IMG/VR virus record: IMGVR_UViG_3300012665_000551
Span: 1-53,948 of that record
Reading direction: 5' to 3' (one strand)
Source: a virus
Lineage: Duplodnaviria > Caudoviricetes
DNA length: 53,948 bases
Below are positions 18,301 through 26,665 of the stretch, in pieces. The notes under the pieces were generated by a model. That model had not been told where the DNA came from. It saw nothing but the letters and a program-made list of their open reading frames with translations, and did not search any database. A program made the position numbers and the translations under genes. Within the stretch, counting starts at the first letter, position 1. Each line of letters opens with the position of its first letter.

Positions 18301-20900
18301 CGTCTAACGACGATTCTACAGAATCTAACTGGGTAGACATTGCATACGGTAATAACAGATTCGTTGCAATTTCTGATAGCTCAGCTATGGCAGCATATAG
18401 TCTTGACGGTATAACATTTACTAAGAGCAATATGCCAGTTACTGCTGAATGGACTACAGTTGATTATGGCCAAGGCGTATTTAACGCAATGTCATACGGC
18501 GAGTACTCTGCTACTTCACCAGACGGTGTAACATGGACTTCTAGAAGCAGCATCTATCAAACTGTTGATGTTACAGTAACAGCCAAAGACACTAATGTGG
18601 GATATGTAGCAAGATCATTACCAACATCTGCATACTGGACTGATGTTATTTGGACTGGTACAAAATTTGTAGCAGTTGGACACGATAACGGTGCCGTAGG
18701 TGCAGCATATGCAGCATCAAGCACAACTGGTGAATCTTGGAGCTCTGTGACACTTGGAGTAGTAAGTGGACAGTATGAATATTCTGCTGTATCTTATAAC
18801 GGCAGCAGTACATATGTTGCAATTTTAACTAACACTCGTCATGTAAGCACATCAACTGATGGAGTTACATGGGCAGGAACTGTTAATGCTATTCCAGGAT
18901 CAGCATCTCAGTGGAGTGACTTAGCTAACAACGGAACTAGATTCGTAGCAATCAGTGCCAGTGCTAACAGAACTGCACACAGTACAGACGGTGTTACATG
19001 GACTAACGGAACAATCTCCGCTTCCGCTACAGAATATACCAGCATAGCAAACGGTACTATTAACGGTACTAACTATTTTGTAGTTACTTCGGGATTAACT
19101 TCAGCTAGCCAGGTAAGTGCGTATTCAACAGACGGCATTACTTGGACTGCTAACGCAACAGGCTTCCCAAGTTCACAACTTTGGAGTTCAGTGGCATACG
19201 GTGGTAGCAGATTTGTTGCTGTATCTGGCAATACTGCAACTACTAGTACCGCAGCAGCGTACAGCACTAATGGTACAACATGGGCAGCAGCAACGATGCC
19301 AGGCGCAGCAGCACGTTGGAACAAAGTAATTTACGGTGGTGGCGCATTTACAGCATTTGCTTACAACAGTAATAGAACTGCATATTCCACTAACGGCGTT
19401 ACATGGGTAGAAGGTCCAGCATTGACTTCTACAGCTAACTGGTATGCTGGTGCATATGGAAACAGTAGAAATGTAGTATTAGCTACCGGTGGTACAACCT
19501 CTGCAGCAAGTAACAACTTTGTATTGGATACTAACTTATTGACTACTAGCTCAGGTACAACTGATCTCAACGTTAACGATAGACTAGTATTCCAACGTGA
19601 TTCTACTAGTGCTGAAATATTTGGTGGTGTAAGATACGAAGATACTGTATATTATGTTACTAGTATTGCTAATAGTACACAATTTACTATATCTACAACA
19701 CGCGGCGGCAGCAATTTTGTATTAAGTAATAGCAGTGGATCAATGTTAGCAACTGTAAGTAAAAATTATACAACTTCTGCACTAGGAAATTATCTAGGAA
19801 CACCGCAGTGGGTAGTACTTGCTTCTGGTTCACAAGGATTGATGCGTATTAGCCAAGGAGCTAGAGCAATCGGTAGAGCAACAGTAGTTGCTAATACCAT
19901 AAGTTCAATCAAGATTCACGAGCCAGGTTCAGGATACACAGTAGCACCTACAGTAACAATCACTGATCCTAATAATACAGGAGCAGATGCTACAGTTCAA
20001 GTTAGAATTGGTACTGGAGTACTAGCACAACCAACATTTGTGTCTAGAGGATCTAGTTATTCAGCTGCTTCCGCTGAAGTAGTAGGCGACGGTTACGCTG
20101 ACAATTATCAAGTAAGTTCGTTCATTGGCATTAAAGATCTAAATGCTATACCTAGAAATGGTTCTAGCTTTAGAGTAGTTGGTATTGACGATGTCTACTA
20201 CAGAGTTGTTAACGTAACGAACTTATCAGGTCAGTCTGCTCCGTACACTGCAACTATTCAAATTAGTCCAGCCTTTGCAGCAGCTGAAACACCAGAACAT
20301 GAAACTGATGTAACAATGCGTATACGTTATAGTCAAGTTCGATTAACAGGACACGATTTCTTAGATATTGGTACTGGAAATCAAACAGATACTAACTATC
20401 CTAACTTACCAGTATATGATCCAATTCCTGCCAACGAAACTGTTGATACGAACGGTGGTCGTGTGTTCTACACAAGTACTGACCAAGACGGTAACTTCCG
20501 AGTTGGTGGTTTGTTCAACGTTGAGCAGTCGACTGGTGTTGCAACATTGAATGCTGACGCATTTAACATTGCAGGATTGAACGAACTAAGTTTGGGATCA
20601 GTAGCGTTAGGTGGTGCAGGCGCAACAATTAATGAATTCAGTACAGACCCGTTCTTTACTGCGGATTCGGATACTGTTGTACCAACACAACGAGCAATTA
20701 AAGCCTACATTACTAGCCAAATCGGTGGTGGCGGCTCTAGTTTGAACGTAAATACCCTTACAGCAGGTGTAATATACATTGCAGGTCAGACGATTGCGAC
20801 AACAACTAATGTTGCAATCAACATAAATACAAAAGTTAATTTCAAAGGTGGTATTGCAGGCGATGCCCTTGTGTTGAATTACTTCTTATTAAACAATTAA
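12396..20900 (+). CDS. Giant tail fibre/appendage protein (2834 aa), paralog of the 1851 aa gene
   Basis: Same N-terminus (MAEFKLGR...W), CBM5/12-like repeats, four CxRD helical repeats, many S.DG.TW repeats, shared C-terminal YSQVRLTGHDFLDIG...GGRVFYTSTDQDGNFRVG; TAAATA at 12369-12374. Confidence 0.75.
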   Translation: MAEFKLGRIRFVWKSDWITSTTYYKDDVISYGGKTFLCVVGHSAAADFYTDLNNVPSKWNQFSDGQDWKGDWNDAVTYKVNDIVKYGGLLYIANLGHTSGSTLEEDQSKWDLLAESFNWTSGWDTDTTYKVNDLVKYGGYVYICTEAHTSALTTALGLEDDQAKWDEFSVGVDWKGDWTANTRFKVGDIVKYGGTTYVCNLHHTSALTTALGLEADQAKWDYYNQGFEYKGTWTTDGAVRYKINDVVKYGSGTWICTTAHTQTTSFVTDQTNWAQFVEGIEYENDWLPGLVYQNGDIVKYGGNSYISTTTHLSSSVPPSDNTNYDLFTEGFKFFGDWNSITTFKIGEVVRLNGYTYVAVANSTNQSPPNAIYWSLLNQGIKWRGDWVNATAYKLGDAVKYGPNSYITILAHDSTTGSDRPDNDISGTFWNLLAAGNEESVLTTSGDLVIYGGAGPTRLPIGDTGQVLTVSADNLPAWEYWGRVAKVFYVAPHGVNSPAPTYGLTIDQPWASIRYACDQIEKGYQNQNAGWLLAQNRTFIQKEIVEWTDYQITNNIAPFTSAFTYNKETCQRDMGLLVDAIAYDLTHTGNSRAIQAAERYFTALGVSYITGQEDETVASINYGVSLIGSVLAQAAPSVNYQGSNGILVADRILQVTSNSYAAETGTVEIATSLASIVTDAITAGDLTGLPTLDLPTYTLNVKTGQYYEVLPIIVPALTAVVGDELRGSRVSPAAKIIADNDKAKSVAAYQRLKTVSQDIVTNTTVTPSSGNTETQNKTSQNEGDAGSTTAVSRVTTLAAEIKDILTNGEAAADAFSTPDPTGYNTSYLIGYGDARAQLEANRAFIKAEITGWIFDNYSDTVTASSATDNSMTISDTSWMAVNMPIRFAASVGGVLTGVTYYVQSIISGTKFTVGATRDTIDVVPQTTASFSTTVQFYYISATCERDVGHIIDALKYDLTYGGNYQTRIAADAYFTYGVGTYGVGEGGVTLAAYTHMKSIVNSVILETAITRTPSNTATQNTAGTPGSAGSATFGSARMQDIVDTLTNSGTLPALIAPSVSWVSTELQTARTRLVNAKATIQSDAVEYVKREFPTLSFNYTTCSRDVGYIVDALGYDLAFNSNFASVKAGLAYRRGTSSAQLVVADQLAATQAILDFISKEASFIAASGAQALVDLIWTDLIAYVNTGTSPLIIGTNTPDTNLNLINGAKILELNKEFLVAESTAYIDLTNNSTVTSATTTTDRFTSSSTSWMVAGDKIRFVGTAFGGVNTTTDYFVKQVIGGTEFTISETLDGAVKNLTTATGTMTVVYSYDSAKCQRDVRETIDAIVHDMIYVGNYASTYAAKYYRNALTGSKLENMFLVRNGCGARNMTLTGLDGSSDGNLTAQQDALLPANAFGTRRPRAGAYVSLDPGWGPNDSRVWVTTRSTYVQNVTTFGIGCVGQKIDGSLHSGGNDSIVSNDFTQVLSDGIGAWVTNLGRAELVSVFSYYNYIGYLAENGGKIRATNGNNSYGTYGAIAEGVDVTEVPVTGKINNRNTEASVDEVLTDGSRVLLMEFGNAGSEYTSATFNIAGAGSGVSTLGNETRDGGVFNVRLTDPGDSSGTGGVGYITAGNQGQAGSTTSITLAASDIQGSDVYVGMSIYLTAGLGAGQYGYIATYNSASKIATVNKESTGTAGWDHVIAGTAIVAPDVTTTYSITPRITFTAPNYTQAKANMPASRDWSDVVWGNGSGSYSAVSTTGGTGTFASFDVSRINGVYTVTLYAGGTLYAAGQVLTIAGTSLGGTSPANDLIITISSVTSPSGGIVTFTYVGNAVTPRFVAVARDSLTGAVSSNGIDWTDITLPGSATQWSAIAYGVVSNVGYFVAVAKESSTAAWSTNGLNWNSANLGDTVDWCDIAYGNGTFVAIAESDSSTAFRAVSTNGGSTWAFNTVATGAKAIAYGGGKFVIVEGNFSNSFAYSVNGSVWTVGTLPSNDDSTESNWVDIAYGNNRFVAISDSSAMAAYSLDGITFTKSNMPVTAEWTTVDYGQGVFNAMSYGEYSATSPDGVTWTSRSSIYQTVDVTVTAKDTNVGYVARSLPTSAYWTDVIWTGTKFVAVGHDNGAVGAAYAASSTTGESWSSVTLGVVSGQYEYSAVSYNGSSTYVAILTNTRHVSTSTDGVTWAGTVNAIPGSASQWSDLANNGTRFVAISASANRTAHSTDGVTWTNGTISASATEYTSIANGTINGTNYFVVTSGLTSASQVSAYSTDGITWTANATGFPSSQLWSSVAYGGSRFVAVSGNTATTSTAAAYSTNGTTWAAATMPGAAARWNKVIYGGGAFTAFAYNSNRTAYSTNGVTWVEGPALTSTANWYAGAYGNSRNVVLATGGTTSAASNNFVLDTNLLTTSSGTTDLNVNDRLVFQRDSTSAEIFGGVRYEDTVYYVTSIANSTQFTISTTRGGSNFVLSNSSGSMLATVSKNYTTSALGNYLGTPQWVVLASGSQGLMRISQGARAIGRATVVANTISSIKIHEPGSGYTVAPTVTITDPNNTGADATVQVRIGTGVLAQPTFVSRGSSYSAASAEVVGDGYADNYQVSSFIGIKDLNAIPRNGSSFRVVGIDDVYYRVVNVTNLSGQSAPYTATIQISPAFAAAETPEHETDVTMRIRYSQVRLTGHDFLDIGTGNQTDTNYPNLPVYDPIPANETVDTNGGRVFYTSTDQDGNFRVGGLFNVEQSTGVATLNADAFNIAGLNELSLGSVALGGAGATINEFSTDPFFTADSDTVVPTQRAIKAYITSQIGGGGSSLNVNTLTAGVIYIAGQTIATTTNVAININTKVNFKGGIAGDALVLNYFLLNN
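20454..20508 (+). repeat. 55-nt perfect direct repeat, copy 2
   Basis: Identical to 11906-11960. Confidence 0.9.
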
Positions 20901-20911
20901 TGGAGATATAA

Positions 20912-21232
20912 ATGGCAACAGGATTATTAGGACAAGCAGCTTTAGCTGCTACAACGAACACATCAGTGTACGTCGTGCCCGCATCCACTTTTACTGTACT
21001 TTCTGTGTCAATTTTGAACAGAGCAACAACTACAGCAACCGTTAGAGTGGCACTTGCAGATAGCACAACGCCAACAAACGCTGAATGGATCGAGTATAAC
21101 ATAGAACTCGGCGCAAGCGGAGTGCTAGAAAGAACAGGCATTATGATGAATGCCGGCAAACAATTAGTAGTTTATGCCAGTAACGCTAACGTTTCTGTTA
21201 GCTGTTTTGGCATTGAAACTTCAACCACATAA
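20912..21232 (+). CDS. Small beta-rich virion adapter-like protein
   Basis: VYVVPA...SVSILNR...VRVA...IEY...GVLERTGIMM.AG..LVVYAS; GGAG SD. Confidence 0.65.
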   Translation: MATGLLGQAALAATTNTSVYVVPASTFTVLSVSILNRATTTATVRVALADSTTPTNAEWIEYNIELGASGVLERTGIMMNAGKQLVVYASNANVSVSCFGIETSTT

Positions 21233-21246
21233 CAGGAGCAGGTAAA

Positions 21247-21573
21247 ATGGGAAGACAAGTAACTTCATTTGGAACAGAGGGCGTATCAAATAGAACCCTG
21301 ATAGCTAGCGCAACATTGGTAGCCGGCGAAAGAATTTTTGCAAATACAACAGCCGGTCCTTTCACGCTAACATTACCGTCAACACCAGCTGACGGCGCCA
21401 CAATTCAAATTATTGATGTAGCTGGAACTTTTAGAACAAATAACGTAACTGTTGCTCGAGGCGGCGAAAAGATTCAAAACCTTGCAGAAGATTTGACTCT
21501 TAATCTTAACAACGCAGCAATTACAATGATTTATAGCGGCTCAACCTTTGGTTGGGTATTCGTTGGCCCATAA
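21247..21573 (+). CDS. Stand-alone tail-fibre hinge/adapter-like domain protein
   Basis: NTTAGPFTLTLPSTPADGATIQIIDVAGTF.TNNVTVAR.G..I...EDL...Y...GW, a repeat typical of T4-like long tail fibre proximal subunits. Confidence 0.6.
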   Translation: MGRQVTSFGTEGVSNRTLIASATLVAGERIFANTTAGPFTLTLPSTPADGATIQIIDVAGTFRTNNVTVARGGEKIQNLAEDLTLNLNNAAITMIYSGSTFGWVFVGP

Positions 21574-21588
21574 TAGGAAATATTAGAC

Positions 21589-22662
21589 ATGGCAAAACTT
21601 TCTGATTTACTTTCTACGAGAGAAATCACTGCCAACCAAACTAACCTTGAAAAAGGAAAAGTTTGGACCATAACTAATACTGACCAGTATGCTTGTGTTT
21701 TAGAAGACATTGGCTTTTGCTGGCAGTCACCGGGTTGTGGGACAGCGACTATCGAAGTATGGGGGGCAGGTGGCAGTAGTTCAAAACAATGCTGCTGCTC
21801 CGTGAGCATGCCAGGAAATGCGCCTGCTTACTCTAAAAAAACAATTGCAGTATTTCCTGAGTCAAACGTTATTGCGTATGCAGGGTTACCTTGTAAAAAC
21901 GATGATCTTTGCTTCCGCGGATGCAGCCAACCTAGTCGAGTGGTATGGGAAAATGCTCGAGATCTATGCGGGTCAACTAGAGGATGTATGTGCTCACAGG
22001 GCGGTATCAGTGGACATGCGTTCTGTTTAGGTGATGGCGGTTCGGGTTATAGCTCACCATATTGCTGTTACAAAGATTGCGGATTCTGTTTTACACAGAT
22101 CACAACAGGTAGCGATACTGGACGTTGCGGAATTATCTGTAACTTTGGTCGACGTTGCCGCAGCGGCGGTACAGATGGTACCGGTGACTTAATTTGTTTA
22201 GCAAGTGCATACGGTGGCGACATCAACAAGCAAGGGCTTTTTAGCAAAATGGATTTTAGACATCAAAACGCTCCTTGTAACTGCTGGTTTACTCAGTATG
22301 TTCCATACGCAGCAGGTGTATTTTCTGAAGATGCAGGATACATTGTTACCAGCATGGACGGTGATAGTCCAGGATATAACTGGTCAGGTGCTGGTATGGG
22401 CGCATTTACTCAAGCATTAACAGGTATATCGCCAAATCCAAATGGCGGTATGGCATTTATGCCGTGTCAGGCTGCTAATGCCTGCGGATGTTATGAACAA
22501 ACTGGTTGCGCACATGTACTAGCATACGGACTGGCCGCACCCGGCGGTCAACCATGCGGCGGCGTTCGCGATCACGCACACCCGGGCGGTATGGGCGCAG
22601 TTAGAATCACGTATCGTGGTACTAACTCAACAGAGAAGAACTGTCGTAGGGGGACTATATAA
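21589..22662 (+). CDS. Cys/Gly-rich protein A (putative fibre tip or adhesin)
   Basis: About 29 Cys in 357 aa by manual count; IEVWGAGG, CCC, FRGCSQP, GGMGAVRI. Confidence 0.7.
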   Translation: MAKLSDLLSTREITANQTNLEKGKVWTITNTDQYACVLEDIGFCWQSPGCGTATIEVWGAGGSSSKQCCCSVSMPGNAPAYSKKTIAVFPESNVIAYAGLPCKNDDLCFRGCSQPSRVVWENARDLCGSTRGCMCSQGGISGHAFCLGDGGSGYSSPYCCYKDCGFCFTQITTGSDTGRCGIICNFGRRCRSGGTDGTGDLICLASAYGGDINKQGLFSKMDFRHQNAPCNCWFTQYVPYAAGVFSEDAGYIVTSMDGDSPGYNWSGAGMGAFTQALTGISPNPNGGMAFMPCQAANACGCYEQTGCAHVLAYGLAAPGGQPCGGVRDHAHPGGMGAVRITYRGTNSTEKNCRRGTI

Positions 22663-23948
22663 TGGCTGTATTAAGTCAACTGTTAGGCAACAGAGATTTA
22701 GCCTGGGAAGACAACCTAGAAAAAGGTCGTATCTGGGTTTATCAAGAAGGAAACGAATACTCTACTAAGTTCTGTATGAACGGAACTGGTGGTTGCTGGT
22801 GCTGGAAATCTCCGGGCACCGGTAAAGTGGTTATTGAAGCATGGGGAGCATCTGGTTCAGGTGCTAGAAGTTGTTGCTGTGCGAAGGGTGTTGCAGGAAA
22901 TCCAGGCGCATATGTAAGAAAATGTATCTGTGTTAATAATACAAACTGGATGTGTGGCTGTATCGGATATAGCTGCGGCAATGCTGACTCTGAACAATTC
23001 CGCGGATGCAGCGAACCTACTATGGTAAATTGGACTGGTTGCGCAATATATCCACAATATCTACAACCATTAAACCCACTGGAATTAAACGGTCAAGATT
23101 CATGGAAAGGAAATAATCCATGGGGTCTTGGAAATCAAGAAACTCTTGGAAGTGTTGAATATCATACACCAGGCGGCTACTATCAAGGTGGTACTAGTTG
23201 TATTGGTACAAACAACTGTGTATGTGCTAATGGCTACGGCAATGCAGGAAATGGCTGTAATGGCCAAAGTAACTTATGCTGTGCTGCTGGTGCAACTTGT
23301 GGATGTCTATGTGCTCAAGGTGGTAAAGGCGGATACACTATCTGTTCAAACAATCCAACTCCGTTTACCTGTTTCACAAGCGGCCCTGGGTTCTGTGGTA
23401 CAAAAGTTGGTTATCACAACATGTGTAATACTTCACAACACGAATGCGGTATAATTTGTAATATGAGAACCACGCGATGCACTAATTGGAACTGGTACGA
23501 TATTGCCTGCGGTTTCGGCGGCGATGTAAACTGCTGTGGTATGTTCTCATGTGTTACTATGCTAAACTGTACAATGCAATGTAACTGTGCAGGACAGCAT
23601 CACATACACACTTCAGCTGGAAAATATGCAACTGAAGGCTCAGTACTTTCATTTACTCCAGCTCAAGACAGTGAAATGGCAAGAAGCTCAGGAATGAATC
23701 TTACAGGTCAACGTTTGTTAAATGCTTCAGGCAGCAGATGGCCATCATACGGATACGTAAATGCTTGTTATAACAGTTTTAGTGGTTGTAACTGCTACGA
23801 AGATATGGGATGTCATCCAGGCAATCCAGCAGGAACACCAGGCATGGCAGCATTGCCATGTGATCAAGTTCGAGATCACGGAGTTCGTGGCGGCCACGGT
23901 GCTGTAAGAATTAAATTTATACCTGACGAAGGAGCAACAGCATACTAA
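22662..23948 (+). CDS. Cys/Gly-rich protein B (paralog)
   Basis: About 41 Cys in 428 aa; IEAWGASG, CCC, FRGCSEP, CAQGG, GGHGAVRIKF. Confidence 0.7.
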   Translation: MAVLSQLLGNRDLAWEDNLEKGRIWVYQEGNEYSTKFCMNGTGGCWCWKSPGTGKVVIEAWGASGSGARSCCCAKGVAGNPGAYVRKCICVNNTNWMCGCIGYSCGNADSEQFRGCSEPTMVNWTGCAIYPQYLQPLNPLELNGQDSWKGNNPWGLGNQETLGSVEYHTPGGYYQGGTSCIGTNNCVCANGYGNAGNGCNGQSNLCCAAGATCGCLCAQGGKGGYTICSNNPTPFTCFTSGPGFCGTKVGYHNMCNTSQHECGIICNMRTTRCTNWNWYDIACGFGGDVNCCGMFSCVTMLNCTMQCNCAGQHHIHTSAGKYATEGSVLSFTPAQDSEMARSSGMNLTGQRLLNASGSRWPSYGYVNACYNSFSGCNCYEDMGCHPGNPAGTPGMAALPCDQVRDHGVRGGHGAVRIKFIPDEGATAY

Positions 23949-23949
23949 T

Positions 23950-24978
23950 ATGGCAAACTTAAAAACTTTATTAGAAAGAAAATTAGATCAAATTGACTAC
24001 GATGAAACTAATCTAGCAAAAGGCCAAATTCAAAGTTTTGGTGTATCTAGTTCAGGACATTACGGTGGTGCAACCAGCGGCGGTACAATATCATGTATAT
24101 TTTGCTGGCTTGCTCCTGCAAACGGTCGAGCTGTTATAGACGTTTGGGGAGCAGGTGGAAGTACTCCGTTGTCTCGATGCTGCGGAGCTAGTTTACCTGG
24201 CAACCCAGGCGCATGGTCTAGAAAGTGTATCTGTATAGATGCAGGACAGATGATCTGCGGTAAGATTGGATTCAGCTGTAATAACGCTACTGCTGCTTGC
24301 TTTAGAGGTTGCAGCGAACCAACAGAAGTTTGTTGGGCAGGAAAAGATAGAACTGGCGGAACTACAGTCCGTGGTTGTATCTGCGCACAAGGCGGTCGCG
24401 GCGGCACATTTATATGTATGACAGGTGGCGGCGTTATGTACTGCTGCTTTGCAAACGGTAATGCATTCTGCGGAACACTCAGTGGATCAAATGCAGGGTG
24501 TGGTGTAATTTGTAACTATGGTGTTGCTACTGGTACTGCGGGATGTGCAGAATCTTGGGGCGGAGACATCAATAAGAGAGGCGGATTCTCTTGCATGACT
24601 TTTGGATTTTGCTGGGCAGCATGTATCTGTGCAGTAACTGGACACGTTGCAGTTGCTCCTGGCATTTATGCCTGCGACGGCATGGTAGTGACACATGGTT
24701 ATGAAAATGATAATGGTTTTGCACAATGGAGCGGTTCCGGTCTACATCAATATATTTCGGCACTAAATGCTGGAAGCCCACAACCATCAAGAGGCATACC
24801 TTTTGCAACTTGCTACAACGGCGGTAAGGCATGTGCTTGCGGTGAAAGAATGGGCTGCGGAGTTTATGTTCCGCACGGTAGCGGAGCTCCAGGTACTAAT
24901 CCTTGCGGCGACTTTTGCCATCATGGCTGGAGAGGCGGCAACGGACTAGTTAGAATTAACTTCATACCAAAGGATTAA
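23950..24978 (+). CDS. Cys/Gly-rich protein C (paralog)
   Basis: About 31 Cys in 342 aa; IDVWGAGG, FRGCSEP, CAQGG, GGNGLVRINF. Confidence 0.7.
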   Translation: MANLKTLLERKLDQIDYDETNLAKGQIQSFGVSSSGHYGGATSGGTISCIFCWLAPANGRAVIDVWGAGGSTPLSRCCGASLPGNPGAWSRKCICIDAGQMICGKIGFSCNNATAACFRGCSEPTEVCWAGKDRTGGTTVRGCICAQGGRGGTFICMTGGGVMYCCFANGNAFCGTLSGSNAGCGVICNYGVATGTAGCAESWGGDINKRGGFSCMTFGFCWAACICAVTGHVAVAPGIYACDGMVVTHGYENDNGFAQWSGSGLHQYISALNAGSPQPSRGIPFATCYNGGKACACGERMGCGVYVPHGSGAPGTNPCGDFCHHGWRGGNGLVRINFIPKD

Positions 24979-24983
24979 GAAAA

Positions 24984-25640
24984 ATGGAAAAGAATTTTGT
25001 ACACGTTTTACCAGACGAACCGAATAAGAGTGCAACTACAAAAAATCTAACAGTGGATTGCGTATATACAGGCGTTCAATTTTTGCTGTTAAGTGTTAGA
25101 GAAGGCACAGTTGCAATGATAGAGGGCAGTAGCAATTCACGCGAAATCCTCGAAGCTGATTTGAGATTTACTGGTGAGAGAAGTGAGCCAGGTACATCAT
25201 ACATTATATTAGATGCTGATGTCCATACATGGGAAGCAGCGTATTTGAATCATGCATACACACACGGTGATGTAGCTGATTATACTGCTACATTACCAAC
25301 AGGTGAAACTTGGACCTATATGTGGAATGACGTAGGCGGCACTACCGGAGTTATTAGCCAGTGTCATCATGTTAATGGTTTAAAATATAACGCTTCTACT
25401 AACACGTATACTAGACCACCATATATAACATTCCAAACATCAACTCCCGCTCAGTGGGAAGAAGGTATTACTAGCCAGATCAAGATCATGGAAGAAGCAT
25501 TAATGAACAATGCCAAATATACTAAAGCGCAAATTGAAGAGATAACTGAATATAAAAAGTATTTAGACAGCGCAATTGCCAAGTATAAAGGTGTTGACGT
25601 TTGGAAGATTCCTACTCCAAAATATCCAAATATGGGCTAA
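24984..25640 (+). CDS. Putative tail fibre assembly chaperone-like protein
   Basis: Directly follows the Cys-rich genes; helical C-terminal part (EYKKYLD...WKIPTPKYP) is reminiscent of Tfa-type chaperone ends. Confidence 0.45.
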   Translation: MEKNFVHVLPDEPNKSATTKNLTVDCVYTGVQFLLLSVREGTVAMIEGSSNSREILEADLRFTGERSEPGTSYIILDADVHTWEAAYLNHAYTHGDVADYTATLPTGETWTYMWNDVGGTTGVISQCHHVNGLKYNASTNTYTRPPYITFQTSTPAQWEEGITSQIKIMEEALMNNAKYTKAQIEEITEYKKYLDSAIAKYKGVDVWKIPTPKYPNMG

Positions 25641-25730
25641 AAACTCCCTAAACTTAGAACCAAGATTAGCCTTGCATGATTGATTATATGGATATATAAT
25701 CAATGCAGGGCTAATTTATTTCTGGAGTTT
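25641..25730 (+). promoter_or_regulatory. Long intergenic hairpin pairing with the SD, with a late-like promoter (GATATATA) at its apex
   Basis: AAACTCC/GGAGTTT, ATTAGCCTTGCA/TGCAGGGCTAAT and TTGATTATAT/ATATAATCAA arms. Confidence 0.65.
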
Positions 25731-25732
25731 AA

Positions 25733-26665
25733 ATGAGATCTAAAGCATTTTTTATTAATGGCGGCGCAGGTAGAATGATTTGTTCAATACCTGCTTTCGA
25801 AAAATACCAAGAAGAATCAGGGGACAAGGACTTTATTATTGTCTGCGAAGGCCCAACTGATACTTTTAAAGGCCATCCTACACTCGAACAGCATGTGTAT
25901 GATTCATGGCATAGAAATCTTTTTCAAGAAAAGGTTAAACACATGGATGTAATAAGCACAGAGCCTTATCGGATCTGGGAATATTACAATCAACAATGCT
26001 CCATTGCACAAGCATTTGATATCCAATTAAACAACAAAGGCATTAGAGATCTACCTAAACCTACTCTTAGACTATCTAAAGACGAGTTACTCAACGGTAG
26101 ATATGTGATCGGCGAAGTCAAAAAGAAACTTAAAAAAGAAAAAATTGTAGTGTTTCAGCCGTTTGGTAGGGGTATAGAGTATATCGATGAAACACTAATT
26201 GATAAAAGCGGTCGAAGTTTTGAACTTAAAGATGTTAAAGAAATAATTAAAAAACTTCAAGCTGAAGGATATGCAGTTATTCTAATGTCAGAATTTAAAG
26301 TAGATTTCACAGATGCAAAATTTAAAGAAGAAGTTGCTACTCCAGAAAATTTAGGAATTCGTCAGTGGGCTGCTATTATTAAATATGCCGACAAGTTCTT
26401 AGGCTGCGATAGCTTAGGACAACATCTAGCATACAGTATGGATACACCATCGGTAGTGGTAGTTGGATCTACTTATCCAATAAATGTGTCATATCCAAAT
26501 GCTAGTAATGTAGATATTCTTGATATGGGTGAAATTGATAGAGAATATAGTCCTATCAGAGTTACACAAGACGAACGAATTGATAGAAAGAATGAACCGT
26601 TAATGACTATGACTAAAGAAATAGTTGAATTGGTAATTGAACACGTAACAGGAAAAACTAAATGA
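25733..26665 (+). CDS. Glycosyltransferase, GT9 (heptosyltransferase)-like, GT-B fold
   Basis: N-terminal GGAGRMICSIPA; VVFQPFG; WAAIIKYADKFLGCDSLGQHLAYS..TPSVVV.GST resembles the GT9 DSG..HLA.A...P.V.L.G.T signature. Confidence 0.7.
   Translation: MRSKAFFINGGAGRMICSIPAFEKYQEESGDKDFIIVCEGPTDTFKGHPTLEQHVYDSWHRNLFQEKVKHMDVISTEPYRIWEYYNQQCSIAQAFDIQLNNKGIRDLPKPTLRLSKDELLNGRYVIGEVKKKLKKEKIVVFQPFGRGIEYIDETLIDKSGRSFELKDVKEIIKKLQAEGYAVILMSEFKVDFTDAKFKEEVATPENLGIRQWAAIIKYADKFLGCDSLGQHLAYSMDTPSVVVVGSTYPINVSYPNASNVDILDMGEIDREYSPIRVTQDERIDRKNEPLMTMTKEIVELVIEHVTGKTK

Noticed and set aside
11906-20508. 55-nt repeat as the TR/VR pair of a diversity-generating retroelement
   Set aside because: The copies are identical with no adenine-specific mismatches, both lie in coding frames, and no reverse transcriptase is present in the window.
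21589-24978. Cys richness as an artefact of an alternative genetic code or selenocysteine
   Set aside because: The Cys residues are encoded by ordinary TGT/TGC codons, and all core genes translate intact with the standard code.
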